From the NCBI GenBank assembly GCA_965207735.1, contig OZ242296.1, forward strand, positions 4,416,001-4,480,000: a stretch of DNA of 64,000 nt, in the 5' to 3' direction. A model generated the notes under the pieces. It was not told the DNA's origin and made no database searches. It saw only the letters and a list, made by a program, of their open reading frames with translations. Of the stretch, positions 47,976 through 60,303 are shown piece by piece. Position 1 is the first letter of the stretch. Every line of letters starts with the position of its first letter. The DNA is from Candidatus Versatilivorator sp. (GTDB lineage Bacteria > Acidobacteriota > Terriglobia > Versatilivoradales > Versatilivoraceae). The position numbers were made by a program, and so were the translations under genes.

Positions 47976-49198
47976 TGAAGATCCTGCGCACCATTCTGGA
48001 TTCACAGGCCAAGCACTTCCACAAGGGCGGCCCGCTGGAGTTCGCCTATCCCTTCTACGAAGCCCTCGACACCTTTCTGTATACGCCGGGACAGGTCACC
48101 AAGGGCAGTTCCCACGTCCGGGACGGACTCGACCTGAAGCGCATGATGGTGACCGTGGTCATCGCCCTCATTCCGGCGGTGCTCATGGCCATGTACAACA
48201 CCGGCTTGCAGGCGCATCGGGCAATCTCCCAGGGAGCGCTGCCCCTGGAAACCTGGCAGACGGCCGTAATGATCCACCTGGGACTGAATGGGTTCGATCC
48301 GAGCGACCCATTGGCCTGCATGCTTCACGGGGCGCTCTACTACCTTCCCGTGCTGCTGGTCACCTTCCTGATCGGGGGCCACTGCGAGGCTCTTTTCGCC
48401 GTCGTGCGCAAGCACGAAATCAACGAGGGATTCCTGGTGACGGGAATGCTCTTCCCCTTGACCCTGCCGCCAACCATTCCCTTGTGGCAGGTGGCCCTGG
48501 GCATTGCCTTCGGGGTGATCATCGGCAAGGAGATCTTCGGGGGGACGGGAATGAATATCCTGAACCCGGCGCTGACGGCCAGAGCCTTCCTCTTCTTTGC
48601 CTATCCCGCCGAGATCTCGGGGAACAAGGTCTGGGTGGCGGCCCAAACCAGCGCCGACGGCGTCAGCGGGGCGACATGGCTGGCCGAGGCGGCTACCCTG
48701 GGGCATCAAGTACTCCTGGAAGGACTGAGCTGGTGGGACGCCTTCCTGGGGTTTATCCCCGGGTCCATGGGCGAAACCTCAACCCTGGGATGCCTCATTG
48801 GAGCCTTGATTCTGATCGTGACAAAGGTGGGCTCCTGGCGCATTATGATGGGTGTTGTGATCGGCTCTTTTGCGGCCTCGATGGTGCTCAACACCCTCCC
48901 CTCCGACACCAATCCCCTGCTGGCCGTCCCCTTCGGATGGCACGTGGTCTTGGGGGGGTGGGCCTTCGGAGCGGTCTACATGGCTACCGACCCCGTCTCA
49001 GCCTCCCACTCCAATATCGGCCGATACATTTACGGCCTGTGCATCGGGATCCTGGCGATCCTGATTCGGGTGGTCAACCCGGCCTATCCCGAGGGAATGA
49101 TGCTGGCCATTCTCTTCGTCAATCTGTTTGCCGGCCTGATCGACTACTTCGTGGTCCAGGCCAACGTCAAGCGCAGGAGGGCCCGCTATGCAGCATAG
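47975..49198 (+). CDS. nqrB: Na+-NQR subunit B
   Basis: [23 protein letters not shown]-site SGAT and MATDPVS motifs. Confidence 0.95.
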   Translation: MKILRTILDSQAKHFHKGGPLEFAYPFYEALDTFLYTPGQVTKGSSHVRDGLDLKRMMVTVVIALIPAVLMAMYNTGLQAHRAISQGALPLETWQTAVMIHLGLNGFDPSDPLACMLHGALYYLPVLLVTFLIGGHCEALFAVVRKHEINEGFLVTGMLFPLTLPPTIPLWQVALGIAFGVIIGKEIFGGTGMNILNPALTARAFLFFAYPAEISGNKVWVAAQTSADGVSGATWLAEAATLGHQVLLEGLSWWDAFLGFIPGSMGETSTLGCLIGALILIVTKVGSWRIMMGVVIGSFAASMVLNTLPSDTNPLLAVPFGWHVVLGGWAFGAVYMATDPVSASHSNIGRYIYGLCIGILAILIRVVNPAYPEGMMLAILFVNLFAGLIDYFVVQANVKRRRARYAA

Positions 49199-49970
49199 CG
49201 TCGCTTACACCATTCTCTTTGCCGGCCTGATTTGCGTCGTCTGCGCCGTGCTGGTTTCCTCCTCGGCGGTATCGCTCAGCGAATTGCAGCAGGCCAACGC
49301 CGCCTTGGACAAACGCAAGAACGTCCTGCTGGCGGCCGGCCTGGCTCAACCCTCGGAGAGGCTGGACGCCGCCCAGGTTCAGGAACGATTTCGGGTGGTG
49401 AAACCGGTGGTCATCGACCTGCAGTCCGGGAAGGCGGTTCCCGAAGCTGACGCCTCCACTTTCGATCAGAGGAAAGCCCGCAACGATCCCGATTCCAGCC
49501 GTCCGGCCCCGGCCAACAACTCAAGCATCAGCCGTTTGCCCAACCACGCCGTGGTCTACCGGGTCCTCAACGACGCAGGGGCATTGCAGATGGTGGTGCT
49601 GCCCATCGAGGGATACGGACTCTGGTCTACCCTCTACGGCTTCCTGTCCCTGGACGCCGATACCCGAACGGTGCGAGGGCTCACCTATTACCAACACGGC
49701 GAGACCCCGGGATTGGGGGGCGAGGTGGACAATCCCAGCTGGAAGGCCCGCTGGCCCGGCCGGATCGCCTTCGACAGCACCGGTCAAACGGTGATCGAGG
49801 TGATCAAGGGCCGAGCCGGTCCTCCGGAGGACGACCCTCATCGCGTTGACGGACTGGCCGGCGCCACCATAACCAGCCGGGGTGTCACCAACATGCTGCG
49901 GTTCTGGCTGGGAGAAAACGGATTCGGACCCTATTTGAACAGACTTCGCGACAGCCGAAAGTCATCCTGA
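49188..49970 (+). CDS. nqrC: Na+-NQR subunit C
   Basis: [15 protein letters not shown] and [13 protein letters not shown] (FMN-Thr) motifs. Confidence 0.95.
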   Translation: MQHSVAYTILFAGLICVVCAVLVSSSAVSLSELQQANAALDKRKNVLLAAGLAQPSERLDAAQVQERFRVVKPVVIDLQSGKAVPEADASTFDQRKARNDPDSSRPAPANNSSISRLPNHAVVYRVLNDAGALQMVVLPIEGYGLWSTLYGFLSLDADTRTVRGLTYYQHGETPGLGGEVDNPSWKARWPGRIAFDSTGQTVIEVIKGRAGPPEDDPHRVDGLAGATITSRGVTNMLRFWLGENGFGPYLNRLRDSRKSS

Positions 49971-49979
49971 GGAAGCGAA

Positions 49980-50606
49980 ATGGCAGCTCCCGGGCGCAAG
50001 GCGCTACTCGATCCACTCTTTGAAAACAACCCCATTGCCCTGCAGGTGCTGGGGATCTGTTCGGCCCTGGCCGTGACCACCAAGATGGAAACCTCGGTGG
50101 TGATGTGCGGGGCGGTGATCTTTGTTCTGACCTTTTCCAACTTCTTCGTCAGCCTGCTTCGCAACAACATTCCCAGCTCCATCCGCATCATCGTGCAGTT
50201 GACCATCATTTCTTCCCTGGTGATCATTGCCGATCAGTTCCTGAAGGCCTACCTCTACGACATCAGCAAGCAGTTGTCGGTGTTCGTGGGATTGATCATC
50301 ACCAATTGCATCATCATGGGCCGGGCTGAAGCCTATGCCATGCAGAATCGACCCAGCTTGAGCATCATGGACGGCTTGGGCAACGGCTTCGGTTACAGCC
50401 TGATTCTGCTGGCCACCGGCTTCTTCCGGGAACTGTTGGGTTCCGGAAAACTCTTCGGCCACACGGTGCTGCCCCTGGTGACGGAGGGAGGCTGGTATGC
50501 GCCCAACGGGTTGATGACGCTATCGGCCGGCGCGTTTTTCATTATCGGCGGCTTCATCTGGGCGCTTCGTGTTTGGAAGCGCGACCAGGTGGAAGAGGAG
50601 GGCTGA
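49980..50606 (+). CDS. nqrD: Na+-NQR subunit D
   Basis: [18 protein letters not shown] and GLIITNCI motifs. Confidence 0.95.
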   Translation: MAAPGRKALLDPLFENNPIALQVLGICSALAVTTKMETSVVMCGAVIFVLTFSNFFVSLLRNNIPSSIRIIVQLTIISSLVIIADQFLKAYLYDISKQLSVFVGLIITNCIIMGRAEAYAMQNRPSLSIMDGLGNGFGYSLILLATGFFRELLGSGKLFGHTVLPLVTEGGWYAPNGLMTLSAGAFFIIGGFIWALRVWKRDQVEEEG

Positions 50607-50612
50607 GACATC

Positions 50613-51230
50613 ATGCTGGAACATTACCTCGGACTGGCGGTCAAAACCATCTTCGTGGAGAACATGGCCCTGGCCTTCTTTCTGGGCATGTGCTCGTTTC
50701 TGGCGGTTTCCAAGAAGATCAACACCGCTTTCGGCCTGGGCCTGGCGGTGATCTTCGTGCTCACGGTGACCGTGCCGATCAACAACCTGCTGTTCAACTA
50801 CGCCCTCAAGGGGGGGTCTCTCTCCTGGCTCCATCCCGATCTGGCGGGCTACGACCTCTCCTTTCTGGGATTCCTCTGCTACATCGGCACCATTGCCGCC
50901 ATGGTCCAGATCGTGGAAATGACCCTGGACCGCTTCGTACCCACCCTCTACGCGGCGCTGGGTGTGTTCCTGCCCCTGATTGCCGTCAACTGCGCCATTC
51001 TGGGCGCCTCGCTCTTCATGGTGGAACGGGACTACAACTTCGGTGAGAGCGTCGTTTTCGGCCTGGGTTCCGGGATCGGCTGGTTCCTGGCGGTAGTGGC
51101 CCTGGCGTCGATCCGGGAAAGAATGCGCTACAGCAACGTTCCCCCGGCGCTGAGGGGGTTGGGCATGACCTTTATCCTGACCGGCCTGATGGCCATCGGG
51201 TTCATGGCCTTTGGAGGCATTCAGCTTTAA
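50613..51230 (+). CDS. nqrE: Na+-NQR subunit E
   Basis: [12 protein letters not shown] and [10 protein letters not shown] motifs. Confidence 0.95.
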   Translation: MLEHYLGLAVKTIFVENMALAFFLGMCSFLAVSKKINTAFGLGLAVIFVLTVTVPINNLLFNYALKGGSLSWLHPDLAGYDLSFLGFLCYIGTIAAMVQIVEMTLDRFVPTLYAALGVFLPLIAVNCAILGASLFMVERDYNFGESVVFGLGSGIGWFLAVVALASIRERMRYSNVPPALRGLGMTFILTGLMAIGFMAFGGIQL

Positions 51231-51288
51231 CAGACAAGCCGGCCAGGCAGGCTGGATTGGCTGAAGCATCGTAGGAGGACGGTTCCTC

Positions 51289-52515
51289 ATGACTGTGATT
51301 CTGGGCGTGATCATGTTCACCGTGGTCATTCTTTCGCTGGTGGTGGTGTTGATGGTCGCCAGGAGCAAGCTGGTGGCCGGCGGCGAAGTGAACATCGTGA
51401 TCAACGACGACGCCGACAACACCATCCAGGTACCCGCGGGAGGGACCCTGCTGGGCGCCCTGGCAGCCCGGAAGATCTTCATCCCTTCGGCCTGTGGAGG
51501 CAAGGGGAGCTGCGGCGTATGCAAGGTGGACGTCTTCGACGGCGGCGGCGCCATGCTGCCCACCGAGCCCCCCCATATCACCCGCAGGGAGGCTCGGGAA
51601 GGGTGCCGGCTCTCCTGTCAGGTCAAGGTCAAACAGGACCTGAGGATCGGTGTGCCGCCCGAGGTCTTCAGCGTTCGCCAGTGGCGCTGCAAGGTGCGGT
51701 CGAACCACAACGTGGCCACCTTCATCAAGGAACTGGTCCTGGAGCTGCCTGCCGGGGACGAAGTGCCGTTTCGCGCCGGAGGCTACATCCAGATCACCTG
51801 CCCTCCCCACACCGTCAATTACAAGGACTTTGAAATCGAGGATGAGTTCCGCCAGGACTGGGACCGGTTCAACCTGTGGGAGGTCCAGTCCATGGTGGAG
51901 GAACCTGTCGACAGAGCCTACTCCATGGCCAACTACCCGGAGGAAAAGGGGATCATCATGCTCAACATCCGGGTGGCCACCCCGCCGCCCCGCAGCCCCA
52001 AGGGCACGCCTCCGGGAAAGATGTCCTCCTACACCTTCGGTCTGAAGCCGGGCGACGAAGTCACCATCTCAGGCCCCTTCGGCGAGTTCTTCGCCAAGGA
52101 CACCGAGTCGGAAATGGTCTTCATCGGCGGCGGGGCCGGAATGGCTCCCATGCGGTCCCATATCTTCGATCAGTTTCGCCGCTTGAGCACCCAACGCAAG
52201 GTCACCTTCTGGTATGGGGCTCGCAGCCTCCGCGAGGCTTTTTACATCGATGACTTCAACCAGATCCAGGCTGAAAATTCCAACTTCAAGTGGCACCTGG
52301 CCTTGTCGGAGCCCCTGCCCGAGGACCAGTGGACCGGGTACACCGGTTTCATCCATCAGGTCCTCTACGACAACTACCTCAAGGACCACCCCGCCCCGGA
52401 AGACATCGAGTACTATATCTGTGGTCCTCCCCCGATGATGAACGCCTGCTTCAAGATGCTGGATGACCTGGGGGTTGAGCCGGAAAACATAGCCTTCGAC
52501 GACTTCGGCGGTTAG
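51289..52515 (+). CDS. nqrF: Na+-NQR subunit F
   Basis: [35 protein letters not shown] and DDFGG motifs. Confidence 0.96.
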   Translation: MTVILGVIMFTVVILSLVVVLMVARSKLVAGGEVNIVINDDADNTIQVPAGGTLLGALAARKIFIPSACGGKGSCGVCKVDVFDGGGAMLPTEPPHITRREAREGCRLSCQVKVKQDLRIGVPPEVFSVRQWRCKVRSNHNVATFIKELVLELPAGDEVPFRAGGYIQITCPPHTVNYKDFEIEDEFRQDWDRFNLWEVQSMVEEPVDRAYSMANYPEEKGIIMLNIRVATPPPRSPKGTPPGKMSSYTFGLKPGDEVTISGPFGEFFAKDTESEMVFIGGGAGMAPMRSHIFDQFRRLSTQRKVTFWYGARSLREAFYIDDFNQIQAENSNFKWHLALSEPLPEDQWTGYTGFIHQVLYDNYLKDHPAPEDIEYYICGPPPMMNACFKMLDDLGVEPENIAFDDFGG

Positions 52516-52599
52516 CCCGGAGGGCTCACCGAAGGGTTGCACTCTCGAGAAGGCCGTGGCGATTGACGCCGTGTTCAGCCGCACTTTGGAGAGGTTTTG

Positions 52600-53025
52600 C
52601 GTTCCGGAAGGATGCTGCTAAATCGCCGCCTGCGCGGCTACGGCAGCGTAGAGTCCACACCCGCCGCCGCGCCAGCCTTCGCCATTCGGCGCTACCGTTC
52701 GGAGGCGCCGCGTTGGCCCCCCTCCGCATCAGCCTTCGCCTGCGGCTCGGCTTCTGCGACTCCCCCTCAAGGGGGGGGTGATATCCGTGTTATGAAGGGG
52801 GAACGGAGTTTTTGCGTTAGACCGGGAACATGGTTTACATCCCGCCCAGCAATCGGGCAATAAGCCTTGTGCGGGCCTCAAGTATCACTCCCCCCTTGAG
52901 GGGGAGTCGGAGAGACAAGGGCGAAGCCCGCAGTCGATCCGGAGGGGGGCATACTCGGCGCCCCGTGAGTGGAAATCGGAGAAACAAGCGCGCAGCCCGC
53001 AGTCGATCCGGAGGGGGGCCAACGC
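52600..53025 (+). repeat. Family D composite palindromic repeat (ACTCCCCCTCAAGGGGGG..GTGAT ... ATCACTCCCCCCTTGAGGGGGAGTCG)
   Basis: Reverse-complement homolog at ~61085-61645, including the interior GACCGGGAACATGGTTTACATCC; boundaries approximate. Confidence 0.85.
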
Positions 53026-54104
53026 GGCGTTCCGGATCGGCGGCCGGCTGTCTCCTGCTGGTCCTGCTGACGGCCGCGACGGGATGTCGGGCGCCCGTCT
53101 CCATCCAGGAATACCGCTTCCAGGGCAGCAGCATGGGAACCACTTTCGAGGTGAAGGTGGTGGCCTCCCTGCTGCCGGAGCAACAACAGGAGCTGGTGCG
53201 GGAGGCCATTCAGGCTCAACTGCAGGACATCGACGGCAAGATGTCGACCTACCAGGAAGCTTCCGAAATCTCCCGCCTGAACCGCTCGCGCGAAACCACC
53301 CCCCAGCCGCTATCCCGGGAAACCTTCACGGTGCTGACCGAGGCCCTGAGAATCAGCCGGATTACCGACGGAGCCTTCGACATTACGGTTGGCCCCCTGG
53401 TCAATGCCTGGGGGTTCGGACCCGCGCCTCACCCGGCAGCCCTGCCCACGGCCGTCGAGATCGAGCAGTTGAAGTTGCAAAGCGGTTGGGAGAAAATTAA
53501 GCTGAATCCCCGGGCTCCCACGATTCGCAAGGGCGAGCCGGCCCTTTACCTGGACCTCTCGGCAATCGCCAAGGGCTATGCTGTCGATCGACTCTCGCAA
53601 GTCCTGGACGAAATGAACCTCACCAGACACATGGTGGAGCTGGGAGGCGAGGTAAGAACCAGTGGCCGCAATGCCGGCGGAAACCCCTGGAGGATTGCGA
53701 TCGAGAAACCCGTATCCGCCGGCAGGGCTTTGCAGCGGATTCTTCCCCTGGAGAACTTGGCCGTTGCCACCTCCGGAGACTACCGCAATTTTCACCGGGC
53801 GGAGGGGGGACACCTCTCTCACACCATCGATCCCAGGACGGGGCGACCGGTCCGACACGAGCTGGCTTCAGTCAGCGTGGTGGATGCCTCCTGCATGCGG
53901 GCCGACGGCTATGCCACCGCCCTGATGGTTTTGGGGGAAGGCGACGGCTATCGCCTGGCAACCGAGCAGGATCTGGCGGCGCTTTTTCTGGTGCGGACCC
54001 GTGAGGGATCTTTCCGGGAGATGGAGACGCCCGCCTTCCAGCGTCTTTTCCGGGCAAAGCCTACCGGGACCGGTCCGGACTCGGAAAGGGAGAGCGAATC
54101 GTGA
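52965..54104 (+). CDS. apbE: FAD:protein FMN transferase (lipoprotein); start uncertain
   Basis: SMGT, FDITVGPL, DLSAIAKG, ATSGDYRN and ADGYATAL motifs; located after nqrF. Confidence 0.92.
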   Translation: MSGNRRNKRAARSRSGGGPTRRSGSAAGCLLLVLLTAATGCRAPVSIQEYRFQGSSMGTTFEVKVVASLLPEQQQELVREAIQAQLQDIDGKMSTYQEASEISRLNRSRETTPQPLSRETFTVLTEALRISRITDGAFDITVGPLVNAWGFGPAPHPAALPTAVEIEQLKLQSGWEKIKLNPRAPTIRKGEPALYLDLSAIAKGYAVDRLSQVLDEMNLTRHMVELGGEVRTSGRNAGGNPWRIAIEKPVSAGRALQRILPLENLAVATSGDYRNFHRAEGGHLSHTIDPRTGRPVRHELASVSVVDASCMRADGYATALMVLGEGDGYRLATEQDLAALFLVRTREGSFREMETPAFQRLFRAKPTGTGPDSERESES

Positions 54105-54294
54105 GTCTTTTCCTTGTCACGCTGGTTGTGGTCGGCTTGGTCATGGTCCTTATGGCGGTGGGTCTTTTCTTCAAGAGACCCTGCCTGCGCGGCTCATGCG
54201 GAGGCCCCGACCTGTTCGACTCCAAAGGAGAGTCTCTCACCTGCGCGGCCTGCCCCCGCCGGCGATCCCTCCACTCGGAGAAGGAACCTTCGGG

Positions 54295-54298
<4 letters not shown>
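54101..54298 (+). CDS. nqrM: Na+-NQR maturation factor
   Basis: 65 aa, TM helix then MAVG...LRGSCGG and CxxC; follows apbE. Confidence 0.85.
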
Positions 54299-55977
<1,679 letters not shown>

Positions 55978-56030
55978 GCAATACCTCCAGAATCACGAGA
56001 ATTCCCGGCCGAAGCTGCCGGAATTGGGGT

Positions 56031-57196
56031 GAGGGCCCGGCCGTGCGGATCACACAAGAGTGAAACAATCGAAAATCGGCCATCCTTTCGCGACCTTGGC
56101 ATCCCGTCGCGGTTAACCTCAACGCCTTGGTGGCCTTTCGTCGTCCTTCTTGTCCCTTCGTGGATAGCTCCTTTTTCTTTTGTTTCAGGAGAGCCGATCT
56201 CCGGTGCCTCGCGCTTTCGGCAATCTGCTGTCGCCGCCTTCGCGGCTCGACCTGGAGCTACCCCTTTCCATGGGCTCACGCCCACGGCTACCTGCTGCCG
56301 CCGCTCCGCGGCTCGATGGATCGCCCGGGCGTTCGCCCGGGATTTCTTATTGCCAACAAGTGTCGCCCCCGCCCTGTCGTGCGGATCATACGAGAGCAAA
56401 ACAATCAGAAATCGATCATCCCTTCGCAACCTTGGTACCCCGTCGCGGTTAACCTCAGCGCCTTAGTGCCCCTTCGTGGTCCTTCGTGGATCACTCTTTT
56501 TCTTTTGTCTTTTGTCGGTTGTTTCAGGCAAGTTCCGCCCCCGCCCTGCCGTGCGGATCATTCGAGAGTGAAACAATCAGAAATCGACAATCCTTTCGCG
56601 AACTTGGTATCCCGTCGCGGTTAACCTCAGCGCCTTCGTGTCCCTTCGTGGTCCTTCGTGCCCCTTCGTGGATAAGTCTTTTTCTTTGTCTTTTGTCGGT
56701 TGTTTCAGGCAAGCGAGGCCCCCGCCCCCCACGACGGGGCGGATCATTCGAAGGTGAAGAAACAGGGTTGTTTCAGACAAGCCGGGCCCCCGCTTTGCCG
56801 TGCGGATCATACATAGAGTGAAACAATTGGAAATCGACCATCCCTTCGCGACCTTGATACCCCGTCGCGGTCAACCTCAGCGCCTTCGTGCCCCTTCGTC
56901 GTTCTTCGTGCCCCTTCGTGGATAAGTTTTTTGTCTTTTGTCTTTTTTCGGTTGTTTCAGACAAGCCGGACCCCCGCCCTGTCGCGCGGATCATACGAGA
57001 ATGAAACAATCAGAAATCGACAATCCCTTCGCGAACTTGGCACCCCGTCGCGGTTAACCTCAGCGCCTTAGTGCCCCTTCGTGGTCCTTCGTGCCCCTTC
57101 GTGGATAAGTCTTTTTCTTTTGTCTCTTGTCGTTTGTTTCAGGCAAGTCCCGCCCCCGCCCCCCACGACGGGCGGATCATTCGAGGGTGAAACAAC
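56031..57196 (+). repeat. Family A head-to-tail array (about 6 units plus the head of a 7th)
   Basis: Unit ends GTTTCAG(G/A)CAAG at 56532, 56713, 56781, 56965 and 57147. Confidence 0.92.
56225..56315. repeat. REP-like palindromic element (TGTCGCCGCCTTCGCGGCTC ... CCATGGGCTCACGCCCACGGCTA ... TGCCGCCGCTCCGCGGCTC)
   Basis: Two directly repeated hairpins flanking a central hairpin; resembles REP elements linked to Y1 transposases. Confidence 0.6.
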
Positions 57197-57222
57197 GGAT
57201 CATTGTGAAAGAATAAGCACCT

Positions 57223-57384
57223 GGCGAGACTCCGGCAGCTACGCCCCGTTCCAGCATTGGTGCCCCGTGCCCCAAGACAAGTCTGGGTCCGAGCAGGTCA
57301 TCATTCATTAGTGAGGCTTCCCGGGAAGCTCTCCTCAAGGCAAGAATCCGAACGACCACGCCAACTCGGGCCGGAGCCCTCGCC
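57223..57384 (+). ncRNA. Candidate IS110 bridge RNA
   Basis: Closing stem GGCGAG-A-CTCCGGC / GCCGGAG-CC-CTCGCC with internal hairpins; lies upstream of the transposase, as known for IS110-group bridge RNAs. Confidence 0.55.
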
Positions 57385-57402
57385 CTGGAGGAGGCCAATC
57401 TC

Positions 57403-58809
57403 ATGCAAAAGAGCAGGAAAGTCAACACGAAGGCGAAGAAGACCCCGAAGAAGAAGCGCAGCCGTTCGACAGCCTTGTCGCGGATCCACCCCGAGGTGGC
57501 AGGGATCGACCTGGGGAGTCGGGAGCACTGGGTGTGCGCTCCGGAGGTGACCCCAGGGAAGCCGAACGTGCGCACCTTCGGCACCACCATGGAGCAGTTG
57601 CAGCAACTGGCCGACTGGTTGCTGGAGCAAGGGGTGGAGTCGGTGGCGATGGAGAGCACCAACGTGTATTGGATTCCCCTCTACGAACTGCTGGAGTCCT
57701 GCGGCATCGAGGTCTTGCTGGTCAACGCCCGGCAGTTGCGCTACGTTCCGGGCCGCAAGACCGACATGCGGGACTGCCAGTGGATCCAGTTGCTGCACAG
57801 TTGCGGCTTGCTGCGGGGATCCTTCCGTCCGCACGAGGCGATCGTCCGGGTTCGGACCCTGCACCGGCAACTGAGCACTCTGGGGGCCGAGAGTACCCGC
57901 TTTGTGCAGTGGATGCAGAAGGCGCTGGATCAGATGAACGTCCAGATCCATCGTGCGGTCACCGATCTGACCGGTCAGACGGGGATGGCGATCGTGCGGG
58001 CGATTGTCGACGGCGAACGGGACCCGGTCCGTCTGGCGGGTCTGCGGGACCGACGGTGCAAGAAGTCCAGCCGGGAGTTTGCCGAGCACCTCAGAGGCAA
58101 CTGGCGAGAAGAGCATCTGTTCAACCTCAAGTCGGCGCTGAAGCTCTACGACATGACTCAACGCGAGATTGCGGCCTATGAGGCCCGCATCCTGGAGGAA
58201 ATCCAGGCGCTGCAACCGGTGGAGCGCCACGACCAGCCCGTGCCGAAGCATCCCAATGCGATCAAGGAAAAGGCGATTCGCCGCCGCGGTGGGCACCACC
58301 TGCGCACCGAACTGTGGCGCTTTGCCGGAGTCGATCTGACGCGTATCGACGGCATCGGCACCGAAGCGGCCCTGACCCTGCTGACTGAGGCCGGCCTCGA
58401 CCTGACGGCCTTCCCCTCGGAGAAGCACTTTGTATCCTGGCTGCGCCTGGCTCCAAAAACGGCCGTCTCCGCAGGCAAGCCGCTCCACTACAAGAAGGCC
58501 AACAGCACCGGGTCTACTCGCGCCGCCGCCGTCCTGCGCATGGCAGCCGTCTCTCTGAAGCACTCCAAGACCGCTCTGGGGGCCGCCTTCCGTCGCAAGG
58601 CCCGCCACAAGGGATGGAGTGTCGCCGTCTTCTCCATGGCTCGCCGGCTGGCCGTTCTCGTCTACCGCATGCTGCGCTACGGCCAGGACTACATCGACAT
58701 CGGGGAAGCGTGCTACGAGGACCGGTTCCGGCGACGACGCCTCGCGGGCCTCAAAGATGCCGCTAAGTCTCTTGGTTTCAACCTGGTTCCACAAATCGCA
58801 GCCGCTTGA
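57403..58809 (+). CDS. IS110-family (DEDD) transposase/recombinase
   Basis: AGIDLGS, AMESTNVYW and KTDMRDC (DEDD motif); C-terminal IDGIG...F.SWL.LAP...SAGK. Confidence 0.95.
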   Translation: MQKSRKVNTKAKKTPKKKRSRSTALSRIHPEVAGIDLGSREHWVCAPEVTPGKPNVRTFGTTMEQLQQLADWLLEQGVESVAMESTNVYWIPLYELLESCGIEVLLVNARQLRYVPGRKTDMRDCQWIQLLHSCGLLRGSFRPHEAIVRVRTLHRQLSTLGAESTRFVQWMQKALDQMNVQIHRAVTDLTGQTGMAIVRAIVDGERDPVRLAGLRDRRCKKSSREFAEHLRGNWREEHLFNLKSALKLYDMTQREIAAYEARILEEIQALQPVERHDQPVPKHPNAIKEKAIRRRGGHHLRTELWRFAGVDLTRIDGIGTEAALTLLTEAGLDLTAFPSEKHFVSWLRLAPKTAVSAGKPLHYKKANSTGSTRAAAVLRMAAVSLKHSKTALGAAFRRKARHKGWSVAVFSMARRLAVLVYRMLRYGQDYIDIGEACYEDRFRRRRLAGLKDAAKSLGFNLVPQIAAA

Positions 58810-58860
58810 ACTGCGGGGTTGTTTCAGGCAAGCACCCCCCGTCCCCTACGAGGGGCCGGA

Positions 58861-59511
58861 TCAGCGCCGCCGCAAGAGAATATAGAGGGCTCCGCCGCCT
58901 CCGTCTGCGAGACGAGCCGATGCATAGGCGATGACGTGACGGCTCATGCGCCGGGTGTCCAGCCATTTCGACAGCCTTTCCTTCAATGTCGGCCGACCCT
59001 CCCTCGAGTGGTTTCCCCGCCCGTGAACCACCCGTACGCATCCATGGCCCTGCTTGAGGCTGGAATGGATGAAATCCTCGAAGGCTTTCCTGGCCTCGGT
59101 GGCGACAAGTCCGTGCAGATCGAGGTGAGCCTGTACCGAAAAACGCCCCTTCCTCAGGCTGCCGATCCAGCGGCGGCCCTCGGGATGCGGTGTCCCCTCC
59201 AGGTATTCTCCACTCATGGTCAAGTCGAAACGTCCCTTCCCGGAGACAAACTCCTGTAGCAAGCGCAACCCTTCCTCCTCGTCGTCAATGGGACCCGGGA
59301 TTTCGAGCACCGGAGTCGCCCGGGATGGAGCGGAACTCCAACCCAGGGGAGCCACCTCCCGCATGGACCGGGCGAACAATTGGTCGTCGCTGAGGGTCTC
59401 GGGCAATCCGACCGGGGCCTTCGCCTTTTCCGGAACTGCCACGGGGGATCGCCGACGAATCCGAGCCAATTCGGCAAACGACTTGAAGGCTCGATAGGCG
59501 GGCTTCTTCAT
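58861..59511 (-). CDS. Smr/MutS-related domain endonuclease
   Basis: LDLHGL, VVHGRGNHS and DGGGGALYILL motifs. Confidence 0.92.
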   Translation of the reverse strand: MKKPAYRAFKSFAELARIRRRSPVAVPEKAKAPVGLPETLSDDQLFARSMREVAPLGWSSAPSRATPVLEIPGPIDDEEEGLRLLQEFVSGKGRFDLTMSGEYLEGTPHPEGRRWIGSLRKGRFSVQAHLDLHGLVATEARKAFEDFIHSSLKQGHGCVRVVHGRGNHSREGRPTLKERLSKWLDTRRMSRHVIAYASARLADGGGGALYILLRRR

Positions 59512-59804
59512 GTCATGAATTCCTTCAGGACAGGCAGAGCCAAGACTCAACCTCACAGAAACACACCGACGATCAGAGCCGCTCTGACAGCCAGCACAAC
59601 TTTCATGATCAGAGCGATCCTGCGCCTCTGAAAACAGAACAGGCACTGCGCGGGTTGGCTCAACTCAATCATCGGCGCCGGAAAGGGAGGGAGGGTACAA
59701 CCGGAGCCATTTTACGCCAGAAGGGGACCACGGGTAAACTGACTGCAGAGGGAGCGAGGCCGGCGGCGGGCTGAATCCGCACCAGCGTTTCCAGGTATGT
59801 TCGG

Positions 59805-60284
59805 TCAGGCCGCTTCCACGTCGGCGGAGACGACTGGCGACTCTCCCCAATGCGGACCATAGAGTTGAATCAAATGGGAGGTCGTCTTCTCGAACCCGTT
59901 CAGGTAGGCGCCCTGGAGAAGACGGCGGTTCTGTCCGACCCAGGGACCGGCGAGTCCCTCCAGGTAGTGGCTGCGGAGAATCCGGCGAATCTCCCGGCCC
60001 AGCCGGTCGGAAACACCCGGGGCCAGGGAATCTCGAGACGACGCCGGGGTTTCCCGAATGCTCTTCAACCGGGCCTGAATATCGCGGTGAATGTCGAAGG
60101 CCGCCCCGGCAAACCCCCAGGCGATCAGCATCCCAAGTATCTGGCGCTCTCTGTGGACCCCGTCTCGAAATCGGTCCAGCCATTCACCCGTCTCCACCGG
60201 CAGTGTCAGTTCCATGGCAACCTCCTGGATATCTTCCCTCGAAAGAAAACTTTCCGAATGACCGGCAGGAAATTCATCTGCCAC
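59805..60284 (-). CDS. Hypothetical protein downstream of lexA
   Basis: 159-aa ORF with GAGG RBS, 19 bp after the lexA stop. Confidence 0.55.
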   Translation of the reverse strand: MADEFPAGHSESFLSREDIQEVAMELTLPVETGEWLDRFRDGVHRERQILGMLIAWGFAGAAFDIHRDIQARLKSIRETPASSRDSLAPGVSDRLGREIRRILRSHYLEGLAGPWVGQNRRLLQGAYLNGFEKTTSHLIQLYGPHWGESPVVSADVEAA

Positions 60285-60303
60285 GCCCCTCAGGACGAGG
60301 TGA

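Larger units (their letters stand above)
57212..58832 (+). mobile_element. IS110-family element (left boundary uncertain: 57148 to ~57218)
   Basis: Intact transposase, ~190-bp structured upstream non-coding end, right end GTTGTTTCAGGCAAG. Confidence 0.8.

Noticed and set aside
56361-57196. CRISPR or TIGR array
   Set aside because: The period is ~180 bp, the sequences between conserved junctions are mostly homologous rather than unique spacers, no cas genes are present, and the adjacent protein is a full IS110 transposase.
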